Below are positions 18,833-28,600 of a stretch of 64,000 nucleotides of DNA, in pieces. Origin of the DNA: an uncultured Phycisphaerales bacterium (GTDB lineage Bacteria > Planctomycetota > B15-G4 > CAYZWU01); the NCBI GenBank assembly GCA_964482235.1, contig CAYZWU010000030.1, positions 2,857 to 66,856 of the forward strand. The letters run 5' to 3'. Each line of letters opens with the position of its first letter. The stretch's first letter is position 1. The notes beneath the pieces are model-generated. The model was not told the DNA's origin, made no database searches, and saw only the letters and a program-made list of their open reading frames with translations. Made by a program: the position numbers and the translations under genes.

Positions 18833-21800
18833 TCAGAGCTTCACCGTGACGAAACGCTCGTCGTCGCCGGCTGCGATCTCCACGTCCATGCGGCGCGTGG
18901 TGTAGCCCGGACAGCTCACCTTGAGGTGGTAGACGCCGGGCGCATACCGGCCGAGGGGGTACTGCCCGGCCGTCGCGGAGTCGGTGGAGTAGATGATCTC
19001 CATCAGCTCGGAGATGCCGATCAGGCCGGAGAGGCAAAGCCCGGAGCCGTCCTCGAGATCGAGAATCACCCCCGTGAGCGGATCCCCGGTCTTCTCATCC
19101 TGCACCCGGACGGTGACGGCAGCGCCGGGCTGAAGGGTCAGGTCGAGCGTGGACGTCTTCTCCTTCCTCACACTGACGTCGTACACCAGGGTGATCGCGT
19201 GGTCCTTGTGCTTGACGGCAGCGGTGTAGCTTCCCTCGCGAAGGCCCGCGAAGCGGTATTCCCCCTGCGAATCGCTCAGGCAGTCGGACCACTTTTCGAA
19301 GGAGCCCTCCCCCGTCTGCTGGAAGTAGATTGTGGCGCCCGCCACGGGCCGTCCCTTCCTGTCGGTCAGCGTCCCTTCGACCACGCCGCCCTTCTCCAGC
19401 TCGATGCGCAGGCCGCCTTTCTTCTGGCCCTTCAGGATCCCGATGCCCGGCACCTTGCTCCTGGCGTATCCGCCCGATTCGAAGCCGAGCATGTTGGCAC
19501 CGCCGGCGGTCAGCTCGTACGTTCCCTCGCGCAGGTTTCTCACCCTGAAGCGTCCCTCGGAGTCGGAGTAGATCTCGCCGATGCGCCCGCCCACGGCATC
19601 TGAAATGGGATCGCCGCTCTCCGTTCCCTCGGAACGGGTGATCTGGATCCTCACCTGAGGCAGCCTTTTCAGCGAGTCCCGATCGATCACGATCCCCTCG
19701 ATCGAACCACCGGGGAGATCCATGTCGTACTCGTAGCGATCCCTGTCCGGCACCTTCACCCTGAAGACCGTCTCGCAGGCCGATCCCGGAACCATGCCGT
19801 CCGTCCTGACGATCCGGAACGTGTAGTCGCCCGGTTCCATGTTCTTGAACAGGTAGCGTCCAGCGGTGTCGGTTCCCGCCGTGTACGTCCTTCCCTGCGC
19901 CTTCTTGCCTCCCCCGACCGGAACGGCGCTGATGAACGCGCTCTTCACCGGATCGCCCGCGTCGCGGATGACTCCGGTGACGACCCGCGAGCCGTCATCG
20001 ACGTTGACCCGGAAGTCCAAGGTCTTGATCTGATCCTTCTCGAGCTTCACCGCCTTGATGTCGAGGCCGCTCATCAGCGATCCGAGGAAGTCGTCATCCA
20101 TGTCGAATCGCATGGCCAGGCGCGTCACCTGGTACGAGCCGGGCGGCAGCCCGCTGATCTCGTAGAATCCGTCCCCGTCCGTGCGTCCCGACTTCATGGT
20201 CGAGGCCGTGGGAGTCGAGACGATGAGGCTCGCGCCGGAGACCGGCCTGCCGTCCGGGCCGTAGACATGGCCCTTGATCACGGCGCCCCGTGTGAGAAAG
20301 AGCTCGAAGCCCTCGACTGTCTCTCCTTCCATCACGACGATACGGTCGAGATGGAGCGGCTCGTACCTCTGATGGGAAACGATCAGCTTGACCGGTCCGG
20401 CGTCGAGGCGGCCGAAGCGGAACCGGCCCGACTCGTCCGAAACCACCAGGTCGCCGCCCCTGAAGCGTTCCATCAGGTTCTCGATACCCGTCTTGAGCGA
20501 GACGGAAGCCCCCTCGACAGGCTCGCGCGTCTCGGAATCGTAGACCGTGCCGGCGATCGCGGCCTCCTTCGGCATCAGGATCATCAATCCGCGGACCGAC
20601 TCCCCTTCCTCCACCTGAATGCCGCGGAGCTTGCGCGTGGCAAAACCGTTCGCCGAGAGGGTGAGGTTGTACCTGTCCGGCTTGACGTGGGCGATCTCGA
20701 ACCTGCCGAGCTCGTCCTTCTCCTTGTGGCGGATCCTCGACTTGAATCCGTAGGGATCGAGCATGTCCTTGTTCACCGCGGGATCGAGGAAGATCGTGTA
20801 TTCCTGCACCGGTTCACCGTCGATGGCGGAGACCACGATGCCGGAGATGGCGCCTCCCTCCTTCAGCCGGATCAGCACCTCGTCGTCCCCGGGCCGGAAT
20901 CCGGTGTGCGAGTTGTCGGCAGTGCCTTCCCAGGTGATCTCCAGGTCGTATTTCACATCGCGCAGACCCTGGCAGCAGAAACGGCCCTCCGCGTCGGCGA
21001 GGACGGGCTTCGCGGTCTCCTGCTCCCTGAGGTTGTCGATCAGGGCCGCCAGGTTGAAGTGGGGGAAGGCTTTGACCCGGGCTTTCGCTGCCGGCTTCCC
21101 GTCACCGCGGACGATCCTGCCGGAAAGGGCCAGTCCCCTGTCGAGTACGAGCTTCAGGTCGTCGTGGGATTCGCCGCCCGCCAGCTTCAGCCCCTTGATC
21201 GTGGCTCTCAGGAATCCCGGTTCGTTCAGGGAGATCTGGTAGCTGCCCGGGGCGAGAGCGTCGAAGCGGAAGGTGCCGTCCTTTTCCGTGTCGGCCTTCC
21301 TTTCCATCAGCTTGTTGTCGCCTGCCGTCACATTGGTGAGCAGATCGTCCACCTTGAGAGCCATCACCGAGATGTCCGCAACGGGCTTCTCGTCCTGGTC
21401 GAGCACGATGCCTGAAATCGATGCGGCGTCGGGAAGCACGACCTCGGTGGTGGTCGCTTTACCGGCTCTGAGGGAAACGCGGCTGGCCAGGCAGGGGGAG
21501 AAGCCGTCCGCCATGGCATCGACGATCATCTCTCCGCGGCACGGCACGGCCTGGAACCTGAAGCGGCCGTTCTTGTCCGCCGTTGTCGTGAAGGGAGTGA
21601 GAAGCCCGTCCTGTCCCGAGAAGACGATCATGGGATCGAACTTCTCTCTCAACGTCACCGTGGCACCGGGGACCGGGTTGCCGCGGCTGCAGACGACCGT
21701 TCCCTCGAGAACGCCGCCCTCGCTCAGGATCAGGCGCACCGGAACATCGGGCTTCCTGTCGCTCCATGACAGGGGGCGTGGCTTCGAGAGATAGAGAAAG

Positions 21801-22333
21801 TCGTCGTCAGGCACGAGATAGACGGCGTCCTGCTTCGGTATGGCGATCGAGAAGCCGCCGTCGGCGCCGGTCCGCGCCCGCGAGCCGCTTCTCGCTTCGT
21901 CGAGCATGGCCTGGTCCTTGACGGTGTTGTTTTTGTTGTTCTTTTCCTGATCGAAAGGCACCAGGGAGAACGGCGGCTTGCGGATACTGCAGACGAGCGA
22001 GACCGGGCCCTCGAGGTCGAAGCCCTTTTCCAGGACCGCTCTGCCGTGGATCACGGCCTCGCCGCCCCGGTCTTTCGAGATGAGGACTCTCGCCCCTTTT
22101 TTTCCGGACTCGCCCTCCTCCATGATCTCCGTGACGGGCCCCTTGTCCCCGGCTTCCGTCTCGTACAAAGCCGGCGTCACGTTGCCGGAGCCGGTGCCGA
22201 TATCCTGCGAGTCCCCGAGGGAGGGGCGATCGTCCGGCACGGTCTTGTCGTTGAAGAGAAGGATCGCAACGAGCCCCACGACCAGGACGGACGCAATCAG
22301 CAGGAGCGAAAATGGTTTGATGCTTGATCCCAT
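18833..22333 (-). CDS. large membrane-anchored surface protein made of about 10 tandem carboxypeptidase-regulatory-like (CarboxypepD_reg / Cna-B-like beta-sandwich) domains
   Basis: N-terminal signal anchor FSLLLIASVLVVGLVAILLF. Recurring roughly 90-aa units with a G-x-V-x-D-x-x-G-x-P-V-x-G-A-x-V pattern, followed by a ...DxxGxFxF... hairpin. Confidence 0.65.
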   Translation of the reverse strand: MGSSIKPFSLLLIASVLVVGLVAILLFNDKTVPDDRPSLGDSQDIGTGSGNVTPALYETEAGDKGPVTEIMEEGESGKKGARVLISKDRGGEAVIHGRAVLEKGFDLEGPVSLVCSIRKPPFSLVPFDQEKNNKNNTVKDQAMLDEARSGSRARTGADGGFSIAIPKQDAVYLVPDDDFLYLSKPRPLSWSDRKPDVPVRLILSEGGVLEGTVVCSRGNPVPGATVTLREKFDPMIVFSGQDGLLTPFTTTADKNGRFRFQAVPCRGEMIVDAMADGFSPCLASRVSLRAGKATTTEVVLPDAASISGIVLDQDEKPVADISVMALKVDDLLTNVTAGDNKLMERKADTEKDGTFRFDALAPGSYQISLNEPGFLRATIKGLKLAGGESHDDLKLVLDRGLALSGRIVRGDGKPAAKARVKAFPHFNLAALIDNLREQETAKPVLADAEGRFCCQGLRDVKYDLEITWEGTADNSHTGFRPGDDEVLIRLKEGGAISGIVVSAIDGEPVQEYTIFLDPAVNKDMLDPYGFKSRIRHKEKDELGRFEIAHVKPDRYNLTLSANGFATRKLRGIQVEEGESVRGLMILMPKEAAIAGTVYDSETREPVEGASVSLKTGIENLMERFRGGDLVVSDESGRFRFGRLDAGPVKLIVSHQRYEPLHLDRIVVMEGETVEGFELFLTRGAVIKGHVYGPDGRPVSGASLIVSTPTASTMKSGRTDGDGFYEISGLPPGSYQVTRLAMRFDMDDDFLGSLMSGLDIKAVKLEKDQIKTLDFRVNVDDGSRVVTGVIRDAGDPVKSAFISAVPVGGGKKAQGRTYTAGTDTAGRYLFKNMEPGDYTFRIVRTDGMVPGSACETVFRVKVPDRDRYEYDMDLPGGSIEGIVIDRDSLKRLPQVRIQITRSEGTESGDPISDAVGGRIGEIYSDSEGRFRVRNLREGTYELTAGGANMLGFESGGYARSKVPGIGILKGQKKGGLRIELEKGGVVEGTLTDRKGRPVAGATIYFQQTGEGSFEKWSDCLSDSQGEYRFAGLREGSYTAAVKHKDHAITLVYDVSVRKEKTSTLDLTLQPGAAVTVRVQDEKTGDPLTGVILDLEDGSGLCLSGLIGISELMEIIYSTDSATAGQYPLGRYAPGVYHLKVSCPGYTTRRMDVEIAAGDDERFVTVKL

Positions 22334-22672
22334 CGTTTTTCATTCCCTTGGTCCCTCGGCGAGGGACAGGACATCGATTTCGGAAAAACCATTATCAGAC
22401 TGACCCAAAAGGATGCGCAAATCCTGTTCCCGATTCAGTCGAAATATGATTCGGCTTAATAGATTGAAATACAAAATGTTACACACGGATCGAGTTCCCC
22501 GGCACGACCAGGGGTGTGCTGAATAGGCACAGGTTGGTTTTTTGCACAACCTTCGATGAGAAGATGAGTTAAAATGACCGGATCGAATCCGGCACCCTTC
22601 ATCGCTCCGGTCAGACCGCGCTCCCTGGCGCGAAACCGGTTTTCAACCTGCAGCTAAGGAGCAGACGGTCCC

Positions 22673-25588
22673 ATGGCCTCCCCGGATTCTGTCAAGCCGG
22701 TCTATCTCGTCGTTGTCTTCGGCATGGTGATGGCGGCAGCCGCTGTCCTCGTATTGTACGATCCCGCAGGTAGTGCGCTGGGCGGGAATCCGGCCGACGC
22801 GGCTGATCCTTCCGCCCAGTACGGCCAGGATCTGTCCACGCACCGCACCGGCGCCCGATCCGGCAGCCCTGGCGGGCATGATACCGACGCCCGGCAGGAC
22901 CTTTACGACTCTTCCCTGACCGAAGCGCCCGTCCGCGAGGCGATCTCCGATTCGGTTCTCACCTCGTGCGTCAAGGGGAAGGTGAAAACGCCGCAGGGAG
23001 ATGGCCTGCCCGGCGCCGAGCTCCTGCTCCATCCCGGTCTTCCTCAGGCTCTTCGTCCGCTCCTGGCAGGAGGCTCGTACTCGGCAGAGGCGACAACCGG
23101 GCAGGATGGCACCTTCGAGATTCCCCTGCCGGCGGAGGGGGTTTTCCGGCTCGAGGTGAAGAAGGAGGGCTTCGCCTCGGCCGACGTCGGCGTTGTGCTG
23201 CCGGGCGACGATCTGGCCGTTGTGCTTCAGCCGGGACGTTTTCTCGAGGGCGAGGTCCGCGACGCCCTCTCGGGCGACGTGATCTCCGGTGCGGCGATCC
23301 GCGCGCGTCATCACCGCCAGACCTTCGAGGCCGAATCGAAGGCGAACGGCACGTTCCGATTCGGCGATCTGCCCGAGGGGATCTATTCTCTCGAAGCGTT
23401 TCACGAAAGCTATGAGGTGGAGCGTCTCGAGGGAATCACGGTCTCGAGCGGAAGCTCGAGCGATGTCACCCTGGAGCTCCGTTCAGGCGGTACGATCAAG
23501 GGGAGGGTCTCGGCCCTCGACACGGGCAAGCCCGTTCCCGAATCCCGCGTGACCTACACCGTGGTGTTCCGTGGCGAGGCGGGGCGCGAGGAGATGTTCC
23601 GGCAGGAGGCTTTCACCAACGAGAAGGGCCTCTTCTTCTTCGAGAACGTCTCCCGGCGGGGAGCGCGCATCGTGGCCGTCGCCGCCGGCTTCTCGCCGGG
23701 CACTCCGGAGCCTTTCCTGCCTCCGGAAGCGGATCCCGGCGATGAGATCGATATCGAGGTCTTCCTGAAGAGGGAGAGCGGCGTTGCCGGAGTCGTTGTC
23801 GATCCCGACGGCAATCCGTTGAAGGGCGCCGCTGTCCGCGCACTGAGGACACGGATGTCCTCCGGCCGGGTTCCCCGCGCAACGACGGATGCCGAAGGCG
23901 CCTTCCGGCTCGAAGGGCTGGAGGGCGATCCCGGCTTCGTCCTTGCCGCCTATCACGGCCTGCACGGCACGGCTTTTTCCGGCTACCTCCTCGCCGCCCG
24001 GGGCGAGATCCTCGAGGATGTGACTCTCCCCCTGAAGCGCTTCGCCTCGATCAAGGGTGCTGTGTCCGCCCCGGACGGGCGGCCTTTCCAGGGCGCGCGC
24101 GTCACTCTCGACGGCATTCGCGGCTTCATGAGGGAGGAGGAGCGCGCGGCGCCCCTCGTGGTGACCGACGAGGAAGGTTGCTTCGCTTTCGAGAAACTGG
24201 TGCCGGGCAGGTACTGCCTCGCCTCGCACAAGGGCAATCTGAGAAGCGAAGCCCTGGATCTGACACTCCTCGAGGGCGAAACGCTCGACGCGGCTCTCAC
24301 TCTGGAGAACGGTCTCGCACTGACAGGCAAGGTGGTCGATCCTCTTGGACAGCCCCTGGACGACGTCCTGGTGACAGCGGTGGCGATCGAGAAGGAACAG
24401 ACAACCAAGCGGCCCCAGCCGAAGGGCATCGACAAGAAGAAGAGCAGCCGGAAGGCCGGCAAGGAGGCTCGCCCAGCTCAGAAGAAGTCCCCGCAGCGGG
24501 AGAACGACCTCCTGCGCCGGAGCGGCTTCGCCCGCTTCCGCGGCAATGCGCGCAGCGACGAGGACGGATTGTTCTGCCTGGCCGGACTGCGCCGGGACGA
24601 CAACCTCGTTGTCACCTTTCGCCGCTACGGATACCTCACCGAGACGGCGGCGGACATCTCGCCTTCCCTGGAAGGCCGGCAGGTCACCCTGAAGCCCGAG
24701 GCCGCCCTGCAGGGCCGGGTCGCCGACTTCGCCACGAACCGCCCGCTGGAACGGTACCGCGTCGAGTGGATTGCGGTGGAGCCGGGCGAGACGGGAGAAC
24801 CGGCCGAGATCTTCAAGAGGAAGGCGCGGCAGAGCCGGGCGCGTTCCGTCCAGACGCTGGACGGCAATTTCCTGATCGAGCGCGTCGAGGCGGGAGAGGT
24901 GGTCCTGCGCGTCTCGGCCAGGGGATATCGCAGCAGCGAACCCCGGCGTCTCTTTGTATCGCCCCTCTACGGCGCCGCGTTCCAGAGTTTCCTTCTCGAC
25001 AAGGGCGGCGTGGTGACGGGAAGGGTCGTCGCCGCGGACTCGTCGCCCGTCGAAGGCATCCCCGTCCACCTCGGCAAGGCCGACCAGGGAAGGGAGAGGA
25101 GGAACAAGAAGAAGAAAGGAAAGAAGGAGGCGGGAGTGAAACCGGCCAGGACGTCCAGGGGAGGGCAGTCGCGCCGGACGGACCACAAGGGCCGCTTCGA
25201 GTTTCACAACCTGCCTGAAGGATCGTACCAGCTCGTGGTGGGCGATTCGAAGCGCCCGCTCGTCGATCCCAGGAACGTCCGTCTCCGCCGCGGAGACAAC
25301 GTCTCGAAGTCGTTCGTTCTCCGCGACCTCTGCGGCGTCGAGGTGCGCGTGACCGGCAAGGCGGGATCGTGCCGGGCTGACGTGAAACTGACGGGCGGAC
25401 CGGCCAAGGCCGTCTTCCGCAAGAGATCGGGAAACCTCGGAATCGTGTCGTTCCGGAACCTTCTTCCCGGAAAATACAGGTTGCACGTCCAGGCCAGGGG
25501 ATATAAGTCTTTCTCCGGAGGCCTGGAACTCGAGGAGAAGGGCCGCATCAAAAAGGAAGTGTCCCTCGAGGAGCGGCGACCGCGATAA
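22673..25588 (+). CDS. large membrane-anchored surface protein of tandem carboxypeptidase-regulatory-like domains, paralogue of 18833..22333 and divergently transcribed
   Basis: N-terminal anchor VYLVVVFGMVMAAAAVLVLY. At least 9 repeats (GKVKTPQGDGLPGAELLL, GVVVDPDGNPLKGAAVRAL, GAVSAPDGRPFQGARVTL, GRVVAADSSPVEGIPVHL and others). Stop TAA lies inside the first copy of a 22-bp tandem repeat. Confidence 0.65.
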   Translation: MASPDSVKPVYLVVVFGMVMAAAAVLVLYDPAGSALGGNPADAADPSAQYGQDLSTHRTGARSGSPGGHDTDARQDLYDSSLTEAPVREAISDSVLTSCVKGKVKTPQGDGLPGAELLLHPGLPQALRPLLAGGSYSAEATTGQDGTFEIPLPAEGVFRLEVKKEGFASADVGVVLPGDDLAVVLQPGRFLEGEVRDALSGDVISGAAIRARHHRQTFEAESKANGTFRFGDLPEGIYSLEAFHESYEVERLEGITVSSGSSSDVTLELRSGGTIKGRVSALDTGKPVPESRVTYTVVFRGEAGREEMFRQEAFTNEKGLFFFENVSRRGARIVAVAAGFSPGTPEPFLPPEADPGDEIDIEVFLKRESGVAGVVVDPDGNPLKGAAVRALRTRMSSGRVPRATTDAEGAFRLEGLEGDPGFVLAAYHGLHGTAFSGYLLAARGEILEDVTLPLKRFASIKGAVSAPDGRPFQGARVTLDGIRGFMREEERAAPLVVTDEEGCFAFEKLVPGRYCLASHKGNLRSEALDLTLLEGETLDAALTLENGLALTGKVVDPLGQPLDDVLVTAVAIEKEQTTKRPQPKGIDKKKSSRKAGKEARPAQKKSPQRENDLLRRSGFARFRGNARSDEDGLFCLAGLRRDDNLVVTFRRYGYLTETAADISPSLEGRQVTLKPEAALQGRVADFATNRPLERYRVEWIAVEPGETGEPAEIFKRKARQSRARSVQTLDGNFLIERVEAGEVVLRVSARGYRSSEPRRLFVSPLYGAAFQSFLLDKGGVVTGRVVAADSSPVEGIPVHLGKADQGRERRNKKKKGKKEAGVKPARTSRGGQSRRTDHKGRFEFHNLPEGSYQLVVGDSKRPLVDPRNVRLRRGDNVSKSFVLRDLCGVEVRVTGKAGSCRADVKLTGGPAKAVFRKRSGNLGIVSFRNLLPGKYRLHVQARGYKSFSGGLELEEKGRIKKEVSLEERRPR

Positions 25589-25633
25589 AGAGGAGCGGCG
25601 ACCGCGATAAAGAGGAGCGGCGACCGCGATAAA
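25568..25633. repeat. three perfect tandem copies of a 22-bp unit gaggagcggcgaccgcgataaa
   Basis: Units at 25568-25589, 25590-25611 and 25612-25633, read directly. The first unit encodes the last 6 codons (EERRPR) and the TAA stop of the 971-aa gene. Each unit carries a TAA. Confidence 0.9.
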
Positions 25634-25651
25634 CCTGTCTGAGACTATTCC

Positions 25652-28600
25652 ATGATCAAGCTTTTCCCGCGATCCGGACCAATGACTCTCCCGAGGCATC
25701 TTGCCCTTGCCGCCGCCGTCGTCCTGATCGGCTTCGCGGCCGCATCAAGCGATGAATCGGCCGCTGACGCCGGCGCCACCTACACGGAGCGCCACCTGGC
25801 TTCCGCCCGGACGCATCGCGACGCCGGACGGTCCGAGGAGGCGCGGGCCGAATTCCTGAAGGTCCTGGAGCGCGACGGCGGAAACTTTCATGCCCTCGAG
25901 GGGCTCGTGTCCCTGGCCGTTGAGGCCGGCGAGGAGGACGAGACGGTCTACTACATGTACCGTTTCGTAGACAGGGCGTCGAAGCTCAGGGACCTCGATG
26001 CCCCGCATCGCAAGCGGCTCAAGGAATACAAGCTCCTTCTCAAGGAGAAGGACCCGAACCACGGCAAGCTCGGATCGTATCGCGCCGCTCACCTGCGCCG
26101 CCTCCTCAATCTCGGCGCCGCCCACATGAAGAAGGGGCGCTACCACTCGGCCAAGGCGATCTTCGAGGAGGTCCTGCACATCGCTCCATCGAACGCCGAG
26201 GCGCGGGCCGCGCTCCGCCGGATCCGCACCGACGCGGGCAACGAGCTGGCCGAGGAGAGGCCGGCCGGAACGGAGGACCTATTCTCCGACGTGACCCGCG
26301 AGTGGATCGAGAAGCAGGACGCCCGCCACTCCACCTGGGACACGGCCTGGGAGAAGAAGCTCGACAACTACACGATTTTCACCGATGCGGGATACGAGGT
26401 TCTCGAGATCATCGCCCTGGCCCTGGAGCAGCTCGATACCTTCTTCAGGATCTTCTACGACTACAAGACCGACGGCAGCGGCACGCCGCACATCCAGATC
26501 AAGATCTACAAGGACCGGGCCGAGTTCATGCGGCTGGGAAAGCCCCACGTGGACTGGGCCGCCGGCTTCTACAACGGCAGCGCCGTGGTGACCTACGATC
26601 CCCGGGGGAGCCGGGCGGCAGGCGACGGCCGCTCCGAGATGGAGCCGTCCCGCTCCCTCAAGGGATTGATCCAGACGCTGGCGCACGAGGTGAGCCACCA
26701 CTTCGTCAGCATCGCTCCCGGCTCGGGCGTGCCGGCCTGGATGAACGAGGGCTTCGCGTCGTTCTTCGAGGGAACGCGGCTTCTTTCCAACGGGCGGATC
26801 GAGTGGAACATCGTGGCGCCGCACCGCCTGAGGCCGCTGGTCGAATACCTCCAGTCGGAGAAGCCGCCGGACCTGGCCAGGATCATCTCCTGCCGCGTGG
26901 ACGACTACAGGATCTTCTATCCCTACGGATGGGGTCTCGTCTACTTCCTCTGGAACTACGAGGACGAGGAAGGGAACTACCTCTACAGGAATGTGCTCCG
27001 CGAGTACCGCGCCCTCTACGTGGGCGGGGTGGACCATTTGGAGCGCTTCACGAAGTTCATCATCGAGAGGCCCGACGTGCCCGGTATCTCGAACCTGCAG
27101 GAGTTCGAGGAGGTGTTCACCGGCTATATCCTGAAGGTCAACGAGGAATACCTGGGCCGCACCGAGGTGGCGCGGCAGTACGAGGAGCGGGCCGACGAGT
27201 TCATGGAGAACGAGAACGTGGAGAAGGCCCTTCTCTTCTACGAGAAGGCCCTGGCGAAGCTCCCGGAGGATCCAGGCCTTCTCTGGAAGCTGGCCCGGGT
27301 GCTCGAAGCCCTGGGAGAGAACGACCGGGCCGCGGGAACGTACCGGACCTTCCTGACCCGGGCCGAGTTCCACGGGATCACCGACGATCCCCGTCTCGCC
27401 GCGGCGCGCGAGAAGATCGAGAAGCTCGATCCCATCGCCGGCCGCTTCCGGAAGATCCGGGAGCAGTTCGAATCGGACATCCTCTTCGTGGCGCGCACCT
27501 ACAGGGATCTCGGCCTCTTCCTGATGGCTCTCCAGACGGCGCGCGAGCTTGCCGTTGCCGACAACCCGTCGATCCCGGCGCGCGACTTCTACCTCGACGT
27601 GGAGAAGGAGAGCGGCAAGACCCTCGAGCAGTGGCAGGTGGCGTTCAACGAGACCGACCTCAGCGGGTGGTACGGCGAGGACATCGTCGACGAGTTCCGC
27701 GTCGAGGACGATCGCCTCGTCGGGGAGGTGGAGGAGGGCGACGTGCCCGACCAAGGCAAGGCGACGCGGACCGGCTCCGACATGGGGGAGAAGCCGACGA
27801 TCCCCTACAAGATCTTCCTTCTCGACCGGGAGATCCAGGGCGACTTCTCCTTCGACACCGAGGTGCGTGCGCCCGAGGCATGCGAGCTTTACGGGATCTG
27901 CTTCGGGGCCAGAACGAAGGACGCCTTCCAGTCCGTTCTGCTCAAGAGCGATCAGAATCTCGATTTCTCGACCTTCGACGGCGGCTGGACGATCCTGCGC
28001 CACATCCCCGTGATGTTCGATCCGGCGGAGTGGAACAGGCTGCGCGTCGATGTCCGCGGCAGGCTGGTCAGCATCAGGATGAACGGCGAGCTGGTGGAGG
28101 AGCTCGAGTTCGAGTCGGGTGCCGAGCTTCGCGGCGACGTGGGCATCCTGGTCGGCAAGGGGCTCGCTGAGTATCGCAACATCCGCTTCCTCGAGCGCAA
28201 CTGGCGGCTGCCGTCGCGCCGCATCAAGCGCACCTTCGAGTCGCGCTACAGCCCGGACGCCCTTCCCGAGAGGGCGGGGCCGGGTCAGCTCTCCTACCGC
28301 GGCAAGTTTCCGCCGCCTCTCACGATCGGCGCCTGGCGGAACACGGCCCCCCTCACCCTCGACAAGCTGATCGGCAAGGTGGTGGTCCTGGCCTTCTGGT
28401 CGCAGGACCAGGAGAGCTCCCTGCCCACCCTGCCCGTTTATCAGAAGCTCCTCGAAGAGTACGGCGATACCGACGTGGAGCTCCTCGTCGTGGCCAACGA
28501 GAAGGAGTACGTGGTGGACGCCTTTCTCGCCGAGTGCGGGCTGCCGCTGAAGATGGCCGTGGACCGGCGCGATCACCGGACGATCATCGACTACGGCATC

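Noticed and set aside
25568-25633. The 22-bp tandem repeats as a CRISPR array
   Set aside because: The units are directly adjacent with no spacers. There are only three copies, and no cas genes. It is a simple tandem repeat.
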